Positions 40,776 to 51,036 of a stretch of 64,000 nucleotides of DNA are shown here, in pieces (position 1 is the first letter of the stretch; each line of letters starts with the position of its first letter). The notes below the pieces were generated by a model that made no database searches, was not told the origin of the DNA, and was given only the letters and a program-made list of their open reading frames with translations. Source of the DNA: Candidatus Helarchaeota archaeon. GTDB lineage: Archaea > Asgardarchaeota > Lokiarchaeia > Helarchaeales > RDOG01. The stretch is taken from assembly GCA_019058315.1 (NCBI GenBank), contig JAHPZH010000002.1, positions 768,001 to 832,000 of the forward strand. Direction: 5' to 3'. The translations under genes and the position numbers were made by a program.

Positions 40776-41474
40776 TTGAGATATTTTATGAAGCAGGGAA
40801 TTCTGAATTTTTTTAAAAAAATTCTTAATTACATTGAACCAGAAGGAATACCATTTCCCGGATCGATAATATATAATAAAATTATGCAAAATTTTGATTT
40901 GTATGATTTATTATTGCATAAAATTGCCAAATCTGATTTGATATCTAATATTAAAGGGACAATTCTTGATGTTGGAACTGGTCCGGCATATCTTCCGATT
41001 TATATTACGCAAAATAATCCTGCTTGCAAAGTCATAGGACTTGATGTATCTTCTGGTATGATTCGTTTAGCTTCACAAAATATACAAAAAGCAAACCTTC
41101 TTAATGCTATATATTTAAAGAAAGGAAATGTAAGCAAACTCCCCTTTCCAGACCAATTTTTTGATTTTATTATTAGTACAGGCTCATTCCATCATTGGAA
41201 ATTGCCAATTAATGCTTTTAATGAAATTTATAGAGTTCTTAAGTATAATAGTGAAGCTTGGATTTTTGATGCTATAAACCCACTTCCAAGAGAAGAATTT
41301 TTAGAACTTTGTCAAAGGTTTGGGAAATTAAAAATTATCCTATTTTATCTCCATACATTTTCAGAACCTTTTTATGAACCCCAAAAGATATATCGAATTA
41401 TTCAAAAAAGTAAATTTGAAAAAGGTGAGCTTGAACTTTTTAGTATTCTTTATCGTATTAATTTGTCAAAATAA
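40776..41474 (+). CDS. class I SAM-dependent methyltransferase
   Basis: LDVGTGP, LPFPDQFFD, SFHHW. Confidence 0.85.
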   Translation: MRYFMKQGILNFFKKILNYIEPEGIPFPGSIIYNKIMQNFDLYDLLLHKIAKSDLISNIKGTILDVGTGPAYLPIYITQNNPACKVIGLDVSSGMIRLASQNIQKANLLNAIYLKKGNVSKLPFPDQFFDFIISTGSFHHWKLPINAFNEIYRVLKYNSEAWIFDAINPLPREEFLELCQRFGKLKIILFYLHTFSEPFYEPQKIYRIIQKSKFEKGELELFSILYRINLSK

Positions 41475-41532
41475 TGAGGCTAATCTGATGTTTATCCTAT
41501 TAATTTGTTTAAATAATGAGGCTAATCTGATG
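41449..41532. repeat. 42-bp tandem duplication spanning a gene junction
   Basis: 41449-41490 vs 41491-41532, 3 mismatches. Confidence 0.9.
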
Positions 41533-42273
41533 TTTTGGTATATTTTTTTCAGCATTATCGGACTTATTATCATTTTGATCTTGATTTTTGGTTATCCTCG
41601 AAAGAAAAATGAAAGAATTCCTTGTATAGAAGGGTTAGATGATCCAGGAGTTACAAAAGCATTTGAAAAAATGACAAAATTTTTACCATTTAAAATGTTA
41701 TATCGAAAAATATTATCTAAATTAAAGAAATTTCAACCAAATGGGCTATTAGTTGATATAGGTTGCGGTTCAGGAAATTTAATAGTAAGAATTGCAGAGA
41801 AATTTCAAAATCTGGAACTATTTGGTGTTGATATATCCGAGGATATTATTCAACTTGCAAAACAGCGGGCACTAGATAAAAGCGTAGATGAAAAAATTGA
41901 ATTTAAAATTGGAACTGCAGAAAGTTTGCCATTTTCAGATCATTCAGTTGACTTTATCATTAGTACACTTTCACTTCATCATTGGTCAGATCCCCTAAAA
42001 GTCATTGAAGAACTTCATCGGGTTCTTAAAAATAATGGCACATTATTAATTTTTGATTTCCGTCGAGATGCACGAAAATTTTTCTATGGTTTATTTACAT
42101 TTGCTACAAAAATCGTAGTTCCTAAAGCGTTAAAAAAAATTAATGAGCCTTTGGGTTCAATTTCAGCGAGTTATACTCCTGATGAAGTAAATGAAATTTT
42201 TTCTCAAACAACATTTCAAAATATTGAGATTCATCCTTACCTTGCTTGGATGTTTATAAACGGAAAAAAATAA
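41530..42273 (+). CDS. class I SAM-dependent methyltransferase (start revised from 41374 to ATG 41530)
   Basis: N-terminal TM, VDIGCGSG, LPFSDHSVD, SLHHW; GAGG SD before ATG. Confidence 0.85.
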   Translation: MFWYIFFSIIGLIIILILIFGYPRKKNERIPCIEGLDDPGVTKAFEKMTKFLPFKMLYRKILSKLKKFQPNGLLVDIGCGSGNLIVRIAEKFQNLELFGVDISEDIIQLAKQRALDKSVDEKIEFKIGTAESLPFSDHSVDFIISTLSLHHWSDPLKVIEELHRVLKNNGTLLIFDFRRDARKFFYGLFTFATKIVVPKALKKINEPLGSISASYTPDEVNEIFSQTTFQNIEIHPYLAWMFINGKK

Positions 42274-42354
42274 GTGCACATACTTTTTTAAAATATATTT
42301 TAGCATAAAATAACAATAAATGTGCTGGTAAGGATTATTTAATAAAGTGATATT

Positions 42355-43032
42355 TTGATTGATTTACATATTCATACTAATTATTCAGATGGACAAGCTA
42401 CCATTCGTGAAGTATTAGAAATTGCAAGTAGAAAGAAATTAGAATATATTGCTATTTCTGATCATTATACCACCACCTCTAAACAGAACATAATACCGAC
42501 CCTTTCTCTTGAAATAATTGATAAATATATTAAAGAAATAAGAGCAACAACTGCTTCATTTTCTACGAAATGTTTTGTAGGAATTGAAATTGATTGTGAA
42601 TCTAAGTTTAAAGATATTGAAAAATTACCGCTTGAAGAATTCGAACTAATCCAATTTGAAGATGTTTTTTCGATAAATATTTTGAAAGAAGTATGTGAAT
42701 TAATTGATAAAAGGCAACTTCAAGGAATTTTTTGTTTAGCTCATCCCGCTATTCATTTTTACAATGATTCTTATCCTGTAGATCTTGATTTTATAAGAAA
42801 ACAGCTTGCCCCATTACTTGTTGAATATAATATTGCATTTGAACTGAATTCACGTTACACTCATCGTTGGGCAAATCTTGTTCCGAGAATTAAGGCTTTA
42901 TTAGATATGGGAATCTCATTTTCAATTGGAAGTGATGCTCATTTCAAATCTGATATAGGCGGAGTCTTAGAGCAATATGAATTCTTAAAAAAAATGGGTG
43001 GATTAAAGAATATTATAAAACTAAGTATTTGA
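42355..43032 (+). CDS. PHP domain phosphoesterase
   Basis: DLHIHTNYSDG, ISDH, AHP, GSDAH. Confidence 0.88.
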   Translation: MIDLHIHTNYSDGQATIREVLEIASRKKLEYIAISDHYTTTSKQNIIPTLSLEIIDKYIKEIRATTASFSTKCFVGIEIDCESKFKDIEKLPLEEFELIQFEDVFSINILKEVCELIDKRQLQGIFCLAHPAIHFYNDSYPVDLDFIRKQLAPLLVEYNIAFELNSRYTHRWANLVPRIKALLDMGISFSIGSDAHFKSDIGGVLEQYEFLKKMGGLKNIIKLSI

Positions 43033-43159
43033 TAATTTCATCAGCATTCTTAAGATTTTTAAATTATTGTTTGTACTTAGATAAAATTAGAATGGATATT
43101 GTTAAAATCGGAACAAAAACTAAATTTTGGATATTAAATCAACAAATTAAGGAGATTTA

Positions 43160-43543
43160 TTGAAAAATAATCAAAAAGGAGGTTTAAAAATTACAAAAAC
43201 TAAAAAAATTTTATTTAAAGGAACCATACAAGGAACAGTGAGTTCTTTTTTTCCTCATGTAGGATATTTTTTAGGTAATTGGGCTTATAACAATTATATT
43301 AGCTTTATGATTAAGTTAGATAAAGTTATTGAAGGAAATCCAATAAAAATCCCCGAAGAATTTCCAGTATTAGGACAAAAATATGTAGACAGAGAGTATC
43401 TCCTCAATACTCATGTGAGAAATAAAGATATTATCTATGTTACTGGAAAAATAATTTAAAATACATTAAAGCATTGGAAAAAGGATGTCATTTGGATGAA
43501 AGCTGACCATATCTATAACGAAACTCTAAATTTTGGATACTAA
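43160..43543 (+). pseudogene. hypothetical gene interrupted by an in-frame TAA at 43457
   Basis: Frame continues past the stop for 27 codons (NTLKHWKKDVIWMKADHIYNETLNFGY*) and ends against the next gene. Confidence 0.5.
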
Positions 43544-45940
43544 CTAACAAGATATTGTTATTTCCAATTTATTTTTAAAATTAACTTCCAATTTATAAAT
43601 ATTTTTCGACTTTTTGATTAAATTAATGTGTTTTATATTATCAATCTGCCATTGATTTTCTTCTGGATTAAAGAAAGTAAGATTTCCAACATTCTTTCCA
43701 GGGAATTCTATTTTTAATTTTATTTTTTTGGAATCGTTATCATAAACACAATTTTTAATTTCTACAGCCCCTTGCATAAAATGAAGAGTTGATGAAAGAA
43801 GTTGTGGTCTAGATTCTACTTCTTTAATTGTAATTAATTCACATGAATGTCTTCTAATGTTTCTAAAGGTAAATTTTTGCTTAAAAGTTCCGAAATATTT
43901 CTGCTTCCAGAATTCATATATGTGATATTCCTTATCTTTTCTTAATCCTAAATCCTCAAACTTTAATTCAATATTTTTTGATTTATTACTCCAATTAAAA
44001 ATTCCTACAATATGCCAATCTCCAAATTCTCTTTTTATTGGAAGGTCTAGAATTTCAGGCATTTCACTTTCGAAGAGATCGATGGGTATAGCTGTATTAC
44101 CATCAAATGGAAAAAACTTTTTAATCAAACTAATTTGTTTATCATTCACAAAAGAGAAGTTATCGCTTAAGAAGTAATAACCATTTAATAATGCTATGCA
44201 TGTAATCTCTGTTTTTACTTCCTCTTCCGTAAGATTTGTGTTTTCTAACCTGACCATTAAACAATCAGGATCATTAATCCAAAACTTCTTATGCATGAAA
44301 AAGGCTCTTATATTATTTCTCATTGCATTTACAACGCAAGGAACTCCATGTAAATGTATACGTTTTCTTAATAATTTTGCATACCAAGGATCCCAACTAG
44401 TGTGTGTATCTGGGGAAACTCTCATCGCGTTGACAAGCCCGATTGACGGTCCGATAGGTGCTCCGCACCCGAGTAATAATACATCCGGTCCAATTGCTTT
44501 TCGAATGATATCAAGCCCTTTTCTATAGACCTGGGCCCTAGTCATTTTTTTATTATAATAATTTGTAGTTGCAACAGCTCCAAAAATAAAATCAATTTTA
44601 ATGCATTTAAAGCCCCAATCATTAGTAATTTTAGTAAATAATGAATGCAACCACTCTTGGACTTCCGGATGAGAACAGTCTAAAGCATATATTGTATTTC
44701 TATAACCCCAAGCCGGATTTTTAGTTACAACAACTGGTTTTCCCTTATTATTTCGAAGTACCCAATTTGGGTGTTTTTTATAAAGCATAGATTTTTTTCC
44801 AACAAAAAATGGGGCTAACCATAACCCCGCTTTGAATCCTTTTTTTTCAATTTTATCCACAAATTTTTTCATTCCATCTGGAAACTTTTCATTAGCCTCC
44901 CAATCTCCGATTGTCTTTTGATACCCATCATCAAGCTGGAAAAAAGTTATAGGAATTTGATCTCGTCTTTCAGCTAGAAAATCTAAATTCTTTGAACATT
45001 CTTCTTCATTAATTTTATGAAAATAAATATACCAAGTGCAATATCCTGTCGGAACAGTATCCCATTGGATTGTTTTGTTTATTTTTTTAATTAAATCAGC
45101 GTAAAGGGTTAAATTTTCTATTGGCGGAGTTACAAAATTAACCACTAGTAATTCTGAAAATAATTCTTCATTTGGTTCTAGAATAATATTATCTGCTTGA
45201 GATCTTGTTCTTAATTTCTTTAAAGCTCTTTTCTTTTTGTTAAACTGAAAAATTATTTGAGATAATTGATTTTCAAAGGTTAAAAATCCAAATAGAATAC
45301 TGGATTGTGTTTTTAAATTCTTGATTACTATATAATTATCCCCCACTTGCTCATATTTTTCCCTCTGTTCATCTGGATTTGATAGAAATACTACACGTCC
45401 AGGTGCAATAAAATCTGGGACTTTTGGCCTAAAATCTTTTTCAAAAGGATCTATCAATTTAATAGGAGCCCATGATTGATATTGTCCAGCTAAAATTTTC
45501 CAGTCATTAATTGAAGTACCTAAATCTATGCTGCTTAGACTAGTTTCCCGTAATTCAATGGGATTAAATGATTTTATCCTTATATTTTTCCCTAGATTAT
45601 TAATAATTGAATTTTGTAGAAAAATAAAAGGTTTATTTTCAAATAATTTAATCATTAATTTCAAATGTGGTTTGTCAATTTTCGATAGAAAATTCAAAGT
45701 TAATGACTTTCCTTTACCGCCCTCATCTTCAAAATCGTTTATCTCCCATTTAATTTCTGCTTCATCTAGACTATCAACATCTCTGGAATCATATAAAATA
45801 GAGGAAAAACCATTCGAAATAATAGTATTTTGCTTCTTTTTATCCATGAAATTCATGAAACCTGAATTAGTATCAAATTGGAAATTAATAAACTCATTTT
45901 CAACTGTTAGAATCCCATCATTTTCGTTAAAACTTATCAT
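43544..45940 (-). CDS. glycoside hydrolase family 36 (alpha-galactosidase-like)
   Basis: CTWY, QLDDGYQ, GLWLAPF, KIDF nucleophile, RVSPD, NDPD. Confidence 0.88.
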   Translation of the reverse strand: MISFNENDGILTVENEFINFQFDTNSGFMNFMDKKKQNTIISNGFSSILYDSRDVDSLDEAEIKWEINDFEDEGGKGKSLTLNFLSKIDKPHLKLMIKLFENKPFIFLQNSIINNLGKNIRIKSFNPIELRETSLSSIDLGTSINDWKILAGQYQSWAPIKLIDPFEKDFRPKVPDFIAPGRVVFLSNPDEQREKYEQVGDNYIVIKNLKTQSSILFGFLTFENQLSQIIFQFNKKKRALKKLRTRSQADNIILEPNEELFSELLVVNFVTPPIENLTLYADLIKKINKTIQWDTVPTGYCTWYIYFHKINEEECSKNLDFLAERRDQIPITFFQLDDGYQKTIGDWEANEKFPDGMKKFVDKIEKKGFKAGLWLAPFFVGKKSMLYKKHPNWVLRNNKGKPVVVTKNPAWGYRNTIYALDCSHPEVQEWLHSLFTKITNDWGFKCIKIDFIFGAVATTNYYNKKMTRAQVYRKGLDIIRKAIGPDVLLLGCGAPIGPSIGLVNAMRVSPDTHTSWDPWYAKLLRKRIHLHGVPCVVNAMRNNIRAFFMHKKFWINDPDCLMVRLENTNLTEEEVKTEITCIALLNGYYFLSDNFSFVNDKQISLIKKFFPFDGNTAIPIDLFESEMPEILDLPIKREFGDWHIVGIFNWSNKSKNIELKFEDLGLRKDKEYHIYEFWKQKYFGTFKQKFTFRNIRRHSCELITIKEVESRPQLLSSTLHFMQGAVEIKNCVYDNDSKKIKLKIEFPGKNVGNLTFFNPEENQWQIDNIKHINLIKKSKNIYKLEVNFKNKLEITISC

Positions 45941-45964
45941 AATTACACCAAATATTTCTTTTTA

Positions 45965-46528
45965 TTATCCACCCAATCTTTCAATAAATGTAATATCAGA
46001 ATAAAATGGTTTAACATTTCTAATCTCAGAACCAACAACAACTACTTCTTTTTCAATTTTAAAACCAAATGATTTAATAAAATTAACTGCTGAAAGATTT
46101 TCGGAATATACCTCACAAATCCATTTTTTAATTCCTTTATCCTTCAAGTATAATCCCCCATGAACCGCTAAAGCCGTTGCTACACCTGATTTTCTAAAGC
46201 TTGGATGAACTCCAATTTGGGAAATTAACCCAATTCTTTCTCCCTCCCGTTCTTCTATATTCACAATTATAAAACCAACTAATTTTCCTTCCTTATTTTC
46301 AGCTACAAAGATATCTTCAGCTGGAACTTCATCAAGTTCTCCAAGCGTTAAGGGGATAAAAGGATTTTTAGAATAGGTGAATGATCTGTTAAAAAGATCA
46401 ATAAAAATATCTTTTTCTCGAGTTTTATCTATGTTTCTTATCTTCATTTTTGAAGATATTTCAGGAATCTTCAAAGATTCTAAATCTAGAGTCATTATGT
46501 AATAAAGATATGTTACTCGAGATTGCAT
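45965..46528 (-). CDS. GNAT family acetyltransferase
   Basis: IGVHPSFRKSGVAT, N..A..F..SFGF. Confidence 0.88.
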   Translation of the reverse strand: MQSRVTYLYYIMTLDLESLKIPEISSKMKIRNIDKTREKDIFIDLFNRSFTYSKNPFIPLTLGELDEVPAEDIFVAENKEGKLVGFIIVNIEEREGERIGLISQIGVHPSFRKSGVATALAVHGGLYLKDKGIKKWICEVYSENLSAVNFIKSFGFKIEKEVVVVGSEIRNVKPFYSDITFIERLGG

Positions 46529-46619
46529 AATTAAGAATAAATAAAATTATATTAAAAAAATTGAATGTTCATACAAATTCTTAAAAACTACGATAATCAA
46601 TCTAAAGCTTATTTATTAT

Positions 46620-48128
46620 GTGTTGGAAATGGAAGATTCTTTATTTAATCCAAGAGGCGTTGCAGTAGTAGGAGCATCTCCACATTTCGTTTCTGGAGGA
46701 ACTTTCTTCTTAAGAGCACTATTAGCTGCGGAATTTCCTAAAGAAAGGTTATTTCCTATAAATCCAAAACATAAGGAAATGTATGGTCTTAAAGTTTATC
46801 CAAATCTTCAATCAGTTCCACATCCAGTGGATTATGTTATTGTTATTGTTCCTAAAAATGCCACGTTTGACGTAATGAAGGATTGTGTTGAAAAAAAAGT
46901 CAAATTAGTAAGTTGTTTCACTTCTGGATTTTCTGAAATTGGTAATAAAGAAGATGAGAAACGACTAGTGTCTATTGCTAAAAAAGGTGGTGTCCGATTA
47001 TTAGGTCCTAACTGTATGGGGTTATGTGTGCCTAAACTCCGGTTAGTGTTTGATACAGGAATCGAAGCTGGAGAGGAATGGGCAGGTAATATTTCAATTA
47101 TCTCTCAATCTGGTGGAAATGCTGATGTTATGATTATAATAGGAAATGGAATCGGTTTAAAATTTAATAAAGCGGTATCTTATGGAAATGGGTCTGATAT
47201 AAATGCAGATGAACTTTTAAAATATTTTAAAAATGACCCTGAAACTCATATAATCTTACAATATTTGGAAGGATTTAAAACAATTGAACAAGGGAGAAAT
47301 TATTTGAAAACCCTTCGTGAAACGACTCTAAAAAAACCTGTACTTATCTTTCAAGGAGGGACTACAGCTATAGGAAAACGATCTATATTCAGCCATACGG
47401 GTTCCATCTCTGGAGACAATCGTGTGATAGAAGGAGCCTTTAAGCAAGCTGGAGCTATTATGGTTAAGCAAGGAATTAGACATGTTCTATATACTGCCTT
47501 ATTAATTTCATGCTTTCAAAAATCTAATAAATTATTTAAAGTTGGACCAAATCTCGGGACAATTCTAGGGGGAGGAGGTAATAATGTATATGTTGCTGAT
47601 ATTTGTTCTAAAATGGGATTTAATTTTCCTGCATTCGACGAAGATATGAAAGAATGGCTTAAAAAAAATGTTGGGGAAGTTGGAACTGTATTGGGAAATC
47701 CAATTGACATGAATGCCGGCATGAGTGGCTATAAAACTGCTATTAAAATAATGAAATTGATGGATAAAATAGATCAAATTGACGTTATTACCTATGAAAC
47801 CGATTTTGATTGGTGGTTAGTATCTGCTAAAATTAGACAAAAATTGGATTTATACAAAGAATTTGATTTTAAAGTATTAATGGAATCAATAATGGATACG
47901 AATGTTAAAACCTTGATTCGTAACATAAGAAAGCTCCAAAAACCAGTTATCCTTGTCTCTTCACAGACATTTTATGATGCAGATATCGTTTCAAAACGAA
48001 ATGAATTAGAAGATACTTTTCGCAAGGCTGATATACCCATTATAAATGATATGGCTACCATGGCAACGGCTTTAAAATACCTAATTGAATATAAAGAGTA
48101 TATTTTAAATGTAAAAAAAACATTATAA
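46620..48128 (+). CDS. acyl-CoA synthetase (ADP-forming) alpha-type / CoA-binding protein
   Basis: VAVVGAS, GPNCMG, SQSGG, SHTGS phospho-His. Confidence 0.88.
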   Translation: MLEMEDSLFNPRGVAVVGASPHFVSGGTFFLRALLAAEFPKERLFPINPKHKEMYGLKVYPNLQSVPHPVDYVIVIVPKNATFDVMKDCVEKKVKLVSCFTSGFSEIGNKEDEKRLVSIAKKGGVRLLGPNCMGLCVPKLRLVFDTGIEAGEEWAGNISIISQSGGNADVMIIIGNGIGLKFNKAVSYGNGSDINADELLKYFKNDPETHIILQYLEGFKTIEQGRNYLKTLRETTLKKPVLIFQGGTTAIGKRSIFSHTGSISGDNRVIEGAFKQAGAIMVKQGIRHVLYTALLISCFQKSNKLFKVGPNLGTILGGGGNNVYVADICSKMGFNFPAFDEDMKEWLKKNVGEVGTVLGNPIDMNAGMSGYKTAIKIMKLMDKIDQIDVITYETDFDWWLVSAKIRQKLDLYKEFDFKVLMESIMDTNVKTLIRNIRKLQKPVILVSSQTFYDADIVSKRNELEDTFRKADIPIINDMATMATALKYLIEYKEYILNVKKTL

Positions 48129-48146
48129 AAATCGGAAGGATTAATA

Positions 48147-48965
48147 ATGGAAGAAGAATCAGTTGTTAATAAGTATCCCATAGTATTTTTTTATATCACT
48201 GTATTAGCGATTGGATTTATTGCTTTAATACCTGTAATATTTTTTGGAATTGGTATATTCACATTAATTTCTGCTACTAGTGCGAGTTTAGGTGCTATAA
48301 TTTTTGTTGGTATAACAAGAAAAAAGGAAGGTCTTAAGGATCTATTTAGCACCTTTAAGAATTGGCGTTGTAACCCAGTTTGGTATATTATATCTATTTT
48401 TTTAATGCCTGGTCTTACACTTCTTGCAATGGGAATTTCTATTATGCTTGGTCTTCCTCTAAGATCAAGCTATCTAACCCCTCCACCTTTACGAAATTTA
48501 GAATTATTCATTTTTCAGTTCATATTTATATTTTTTCAGGCAGGTTTAGGTGAGGAAATCGGTTGGCGCATCTACGCTACTCCAAAGCTTGCAGAAAAAT
48601 ATTCAAAATTAAAAGCAGCCCTAATAGTTGGTGTTCTTTGGGCTTTCTGGCATACTCCTTTATTTTTATTTCCGGGAACGTTACAACATGAAATGTCAGT
48701 CCAAGCCGGATTTTTATTTGCTTATTCGGGATATATGTTGTACGTAGCTCTTTCTGCTATTTTATTTGCATGGGTATATTTTCAATCAGGTGGAAATGCA
48801 TGGCTACCTGTATTGCTTCACACAACCCTGAACGCGGCTAACTGGCTCTTACTGCCGGAAGCTCCCTTCATAGTGAAGATGGTTTTTACTGTTTTAGTAT
48901 GGATCCTTTCTATATTAGTTGCAGCGGTTTATGGTTCTGATCTTTCTCGAAAAATTAAGGATTAA
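48147..48965 (+). CDS. CPBP family (CAAX protease type II / Abi) intramembrane protease
   Basis: GEEIGWR, WAFWH, LLH...N. Confidence 0.88.
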   Translation: MEEESVVNKYPIVFFYITVLAIGFIALIPVIFFGIGIFTLISATSASLGAIIFVGITRKKEGLKDLFSTFKNWRCNPVWYIISIFLMPGLTLLAMGISIMLGLPLRSSYLTPPPLRNLELFIFQFIFIFFQAGLGEEIGWRIYATPKLAEKYSKLKAALIVGVLWAFWHTPLFLFPGTLQHEMSVQAGFLFAYSGYMLYVALSAILFAWVYFQSGGNAWLPVLLHTTLNAANWLLLPEAPFIVKMVFTVLVWILSILVAAVYGSDLSRKIKD

Positions 48966-48983
48966 CATCAGTTTATAAATTTT

Positions 48984-49547
48984 TTATCGTCTATGATTGA
49001 TTAATTCTCCAATGATGTAATTAAATGCCTCCTTAACATTCATATTCTGTTTTGCTGAAGTTTCCATATACTTAAAACCAATTTTATCAGCATATTCTTG
49101 ACCTTGTGTTGGTGATATTTTTCGTGGAGAAATATCAATTTTATTGCCGATTAGAATCCTTGGGACTTCATTATCAATATATTTTTCAATTTGCTTTTTC
49201 CAAAATGATAGATTTTTAAAAGTTTTCGAATTTGTAACATCAAAAACTAATATGATACCATTTACTCTATCATAAAATTGTCTAAAAGATTCCGCCCTAT
49301 AAAATTTAAGATCTCCTAATATTTGCCAAAAATTAACCTTAACTTCCTCATTAAGACTTGGCTTATTTATTTTCAAAGTCTCAATATCCCATCCCAATAC
49401 ATTATGTTTTCCAAGTTTTCTAAAATCAAGGGGAAGATAACGATATAATAAAGAAGTCTTACCAGATCCATTATCACCAATAATAATAACTTTATAACTT
49501 GGCAAATTTTTTTCCCATTTCTTCAATATTATAGTAAATATAATCAC
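48984..49547 (-). CDS. Rab-like small GTPase (start possibly TTG 49505)
   Basis: G1 GDNGSGKTS, G4 GNKID, G5 ETSAK; G3 is divergent (WQILG). Confidence 0.85.
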   Translation of the reverse strand: MIIFTIILKKWEKNLPSYKVIIIGDNGSGKTSLLYRYLPLDFRKLGKHNVLGWDIETLKINKPSLNEEVKVNFWQILGDLKFYRAESFRQFYDRVNGIILVFDVTNSKTFKNLSFWKKQIEKYIDNEVPRILIGNKIDISPRKISPTQGQEYADKIGFKYMETSAKQNMNVKEAFNYIIGELINHRR

Positions 49548-49599
49548 TTAAAATTGTAAAGAATATTAAAAATTATTTCATTTGATATTATTAAAATGA

Positions 49600-50919
49600 A
49601 AACCTAATGGATTTTTTCTTTTCTCAGTTTTATATGAGTCTTTTCCCTTTTTATTAACAAAAATGAATAGTTAAATTGCAGATGAAACATGAGATTGACA
49701 GAGCACATTCAACTAAAGAAGAGTAAGGAATTATCAAATCTTTGCCATTTATCTAAAAACCTATACAATGAAGCTAACTATATCATAAGACAAAGATTTT
49801 TTAAAGATAGACATTGGACTCGTTATACTGAGCTAAATAAGATTTTAAAAACCTCTACAAATTATAAATCATTACCGATTCAATCTTCTCAACAAATCAT
49901 GAGATTATTGGATAAGAATTGGAAATCGTTTTTCAAAGCAATAAAAGATTGGAAAATATATCCTGAAAAATATTTTGGCAGCCCAAAATTACCGAGATAT
50001 AAAAAGAAGAATGGGGAATATCTGGTCATCTTTACTAACCAACAATGCCGAATTAAAGATGGATTTCTAAAATTTCCTAAAAAATCAAACCTAACACCAA
50101 TTAAAACAAGAATAGACAACAACCTACACCAAGTTAGAATCATACCAAGAGGAGAGAGATACATTTTAGAAATCATTTATGAACAAGATGTAATTAATTT
50201 AGAATTGGATAAAAGCAGAATTATAGGGATTGATTTGGGACTAAACAATCTCGTAACTGTCGTGAATAATGTTGGCTTACAACCATTCGTTATTAAAGGC
50301 GGGATAGTTAAATCTATCAATCAATACTATAATAAGCAATTAGCAAAGTTTAAGTCGATAAAAGACAAGCAAAAATACAAATTTGAAACAAAACGATTAC
50401 AACGCTTAACGTTAAAGAGGAATAATAAGATAAAGAACATATTTCATAAAGTTTCACGAATGATAATTTCTTTTTGTATCGAAAATAATTTTGGAAAGAT
50501 AATTTTCGGATATAATATCGGTTGGAAGCAAAATATAACAATTGGTAAGACAAATAATCAAAACTTTGTGCACGCTCCGTTTTCAAAATTGCTTCAAATG
50601 GTAAAATATAAAGCCGAATTGATTGGAATTGATGTAAAGCTAATTGAAGAAAGCCATACTTCTAAATGTAGTTTTTTAGATGGTGAGTCGATTGAACACC
50701 ACAACCATTACTTAGGAATGAGAGTTAAAAGAGGATTATTCAAGACAAAGAATGGAAAAATAATTAATGCTGATGTAAACGGGGCTTATAATATTATTAA
50801 AAAAGCAGTCCCAAATGCCTTCTCGGTTGATGGGATAGAGGCACTTGGGTTAGTGCCACAATCTATTTTGATATAATAGATTGAAATAAATCTTATCATA
50901 TTTGATAGATTTTTGTAAC
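49600..50919 (+). mobile_element. solo tnpB insertion sequence (IS1341-like, no tnpA); left end uncertain
   Basis: tnpB with a hairpin-rich 3' end finishing in TAAC at 50919; no transposase adjacent. Confidence 0.55.
49689..50876 (+). CDS. tnpB: RNA-guided endonuclease TnpB
   Basis: SKNLYN, GIDLGLNN (RuvC-I), NNQNFV, EESHTSK, RGLF, NADVNGAYNI (RuvC-III). Confidence 0.92.
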   Translation: MRLTEHIQLKKSKELSNLCHLSKNLYNEANYIIRQRFFKDRHWTRYTELNKILKTSTNYKSLPIQSSQQIMRLLDKNWKSFFKAIKDWKIYPEKYFGSPKLPRYKKKNGEYLVIFTNQQCRIKDGFLKFPKKSNLTPIKTRIDNNLHQVRIIPRGERYILEIIYEQDVINLELDKSRIIGIDLGLNNLVTVVNNVGLQPFVIKGGIVKSINQYYNKQLAKFKSIKDKQKYKFETKRLQRLTLKRNNKIKNIFHKVSRMIISFCIENNFGKIIFGYNIGWKQNITIGKTNNQNFVHAPFSKLLQMVKYKAELIGIDVKLIEESHTSKCSFLDGESIEHHNHYLGMRVKRGLFKTKNGKIINADVNGAYNIIKKAVPNAFSVDGIEALGLVPQSILI

Positions 50920-50939
50920 CTAGCAAATTCAAATTATAA
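50800..50939 (+). ncRNA. putative TnpB omega-RNA (scaffold + guide)
   Basis: Stems TCCCA/TGGGA (50809/50831), GGCACT/AGTGCC (50840-50857), CAATCTATT/AATAGATTG (50859-50883), AAATC-TATCA/TGATA-GATTT (50888-50912). Confidence 0.55.
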
Positions 50940-51036
50940 ATTTATAGATTTTAATTAGAATTAAATAAATGGAATTTAAAAATAATTATTTTAATAATTT
51001 ATTGTGATTTTAAGAAATATCTAAATCGAGATTACA

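Noticed and set aside
41374-41487. N-terminal extension of the 299-aa methyltransferase ORF
   Set aside because: Overlaps the upstream gene; SD-ATG starts at 41488/41530 are better supported
19286-49547. Eukaryote-like CAAX processing pathway (CPBP protease + ICMT-like enzymes + Rab)
   Set aside because: The GTPase has no C-terminal Cys, no prenyltransferase is present, and both enzyme families are widespread in prokaryotes
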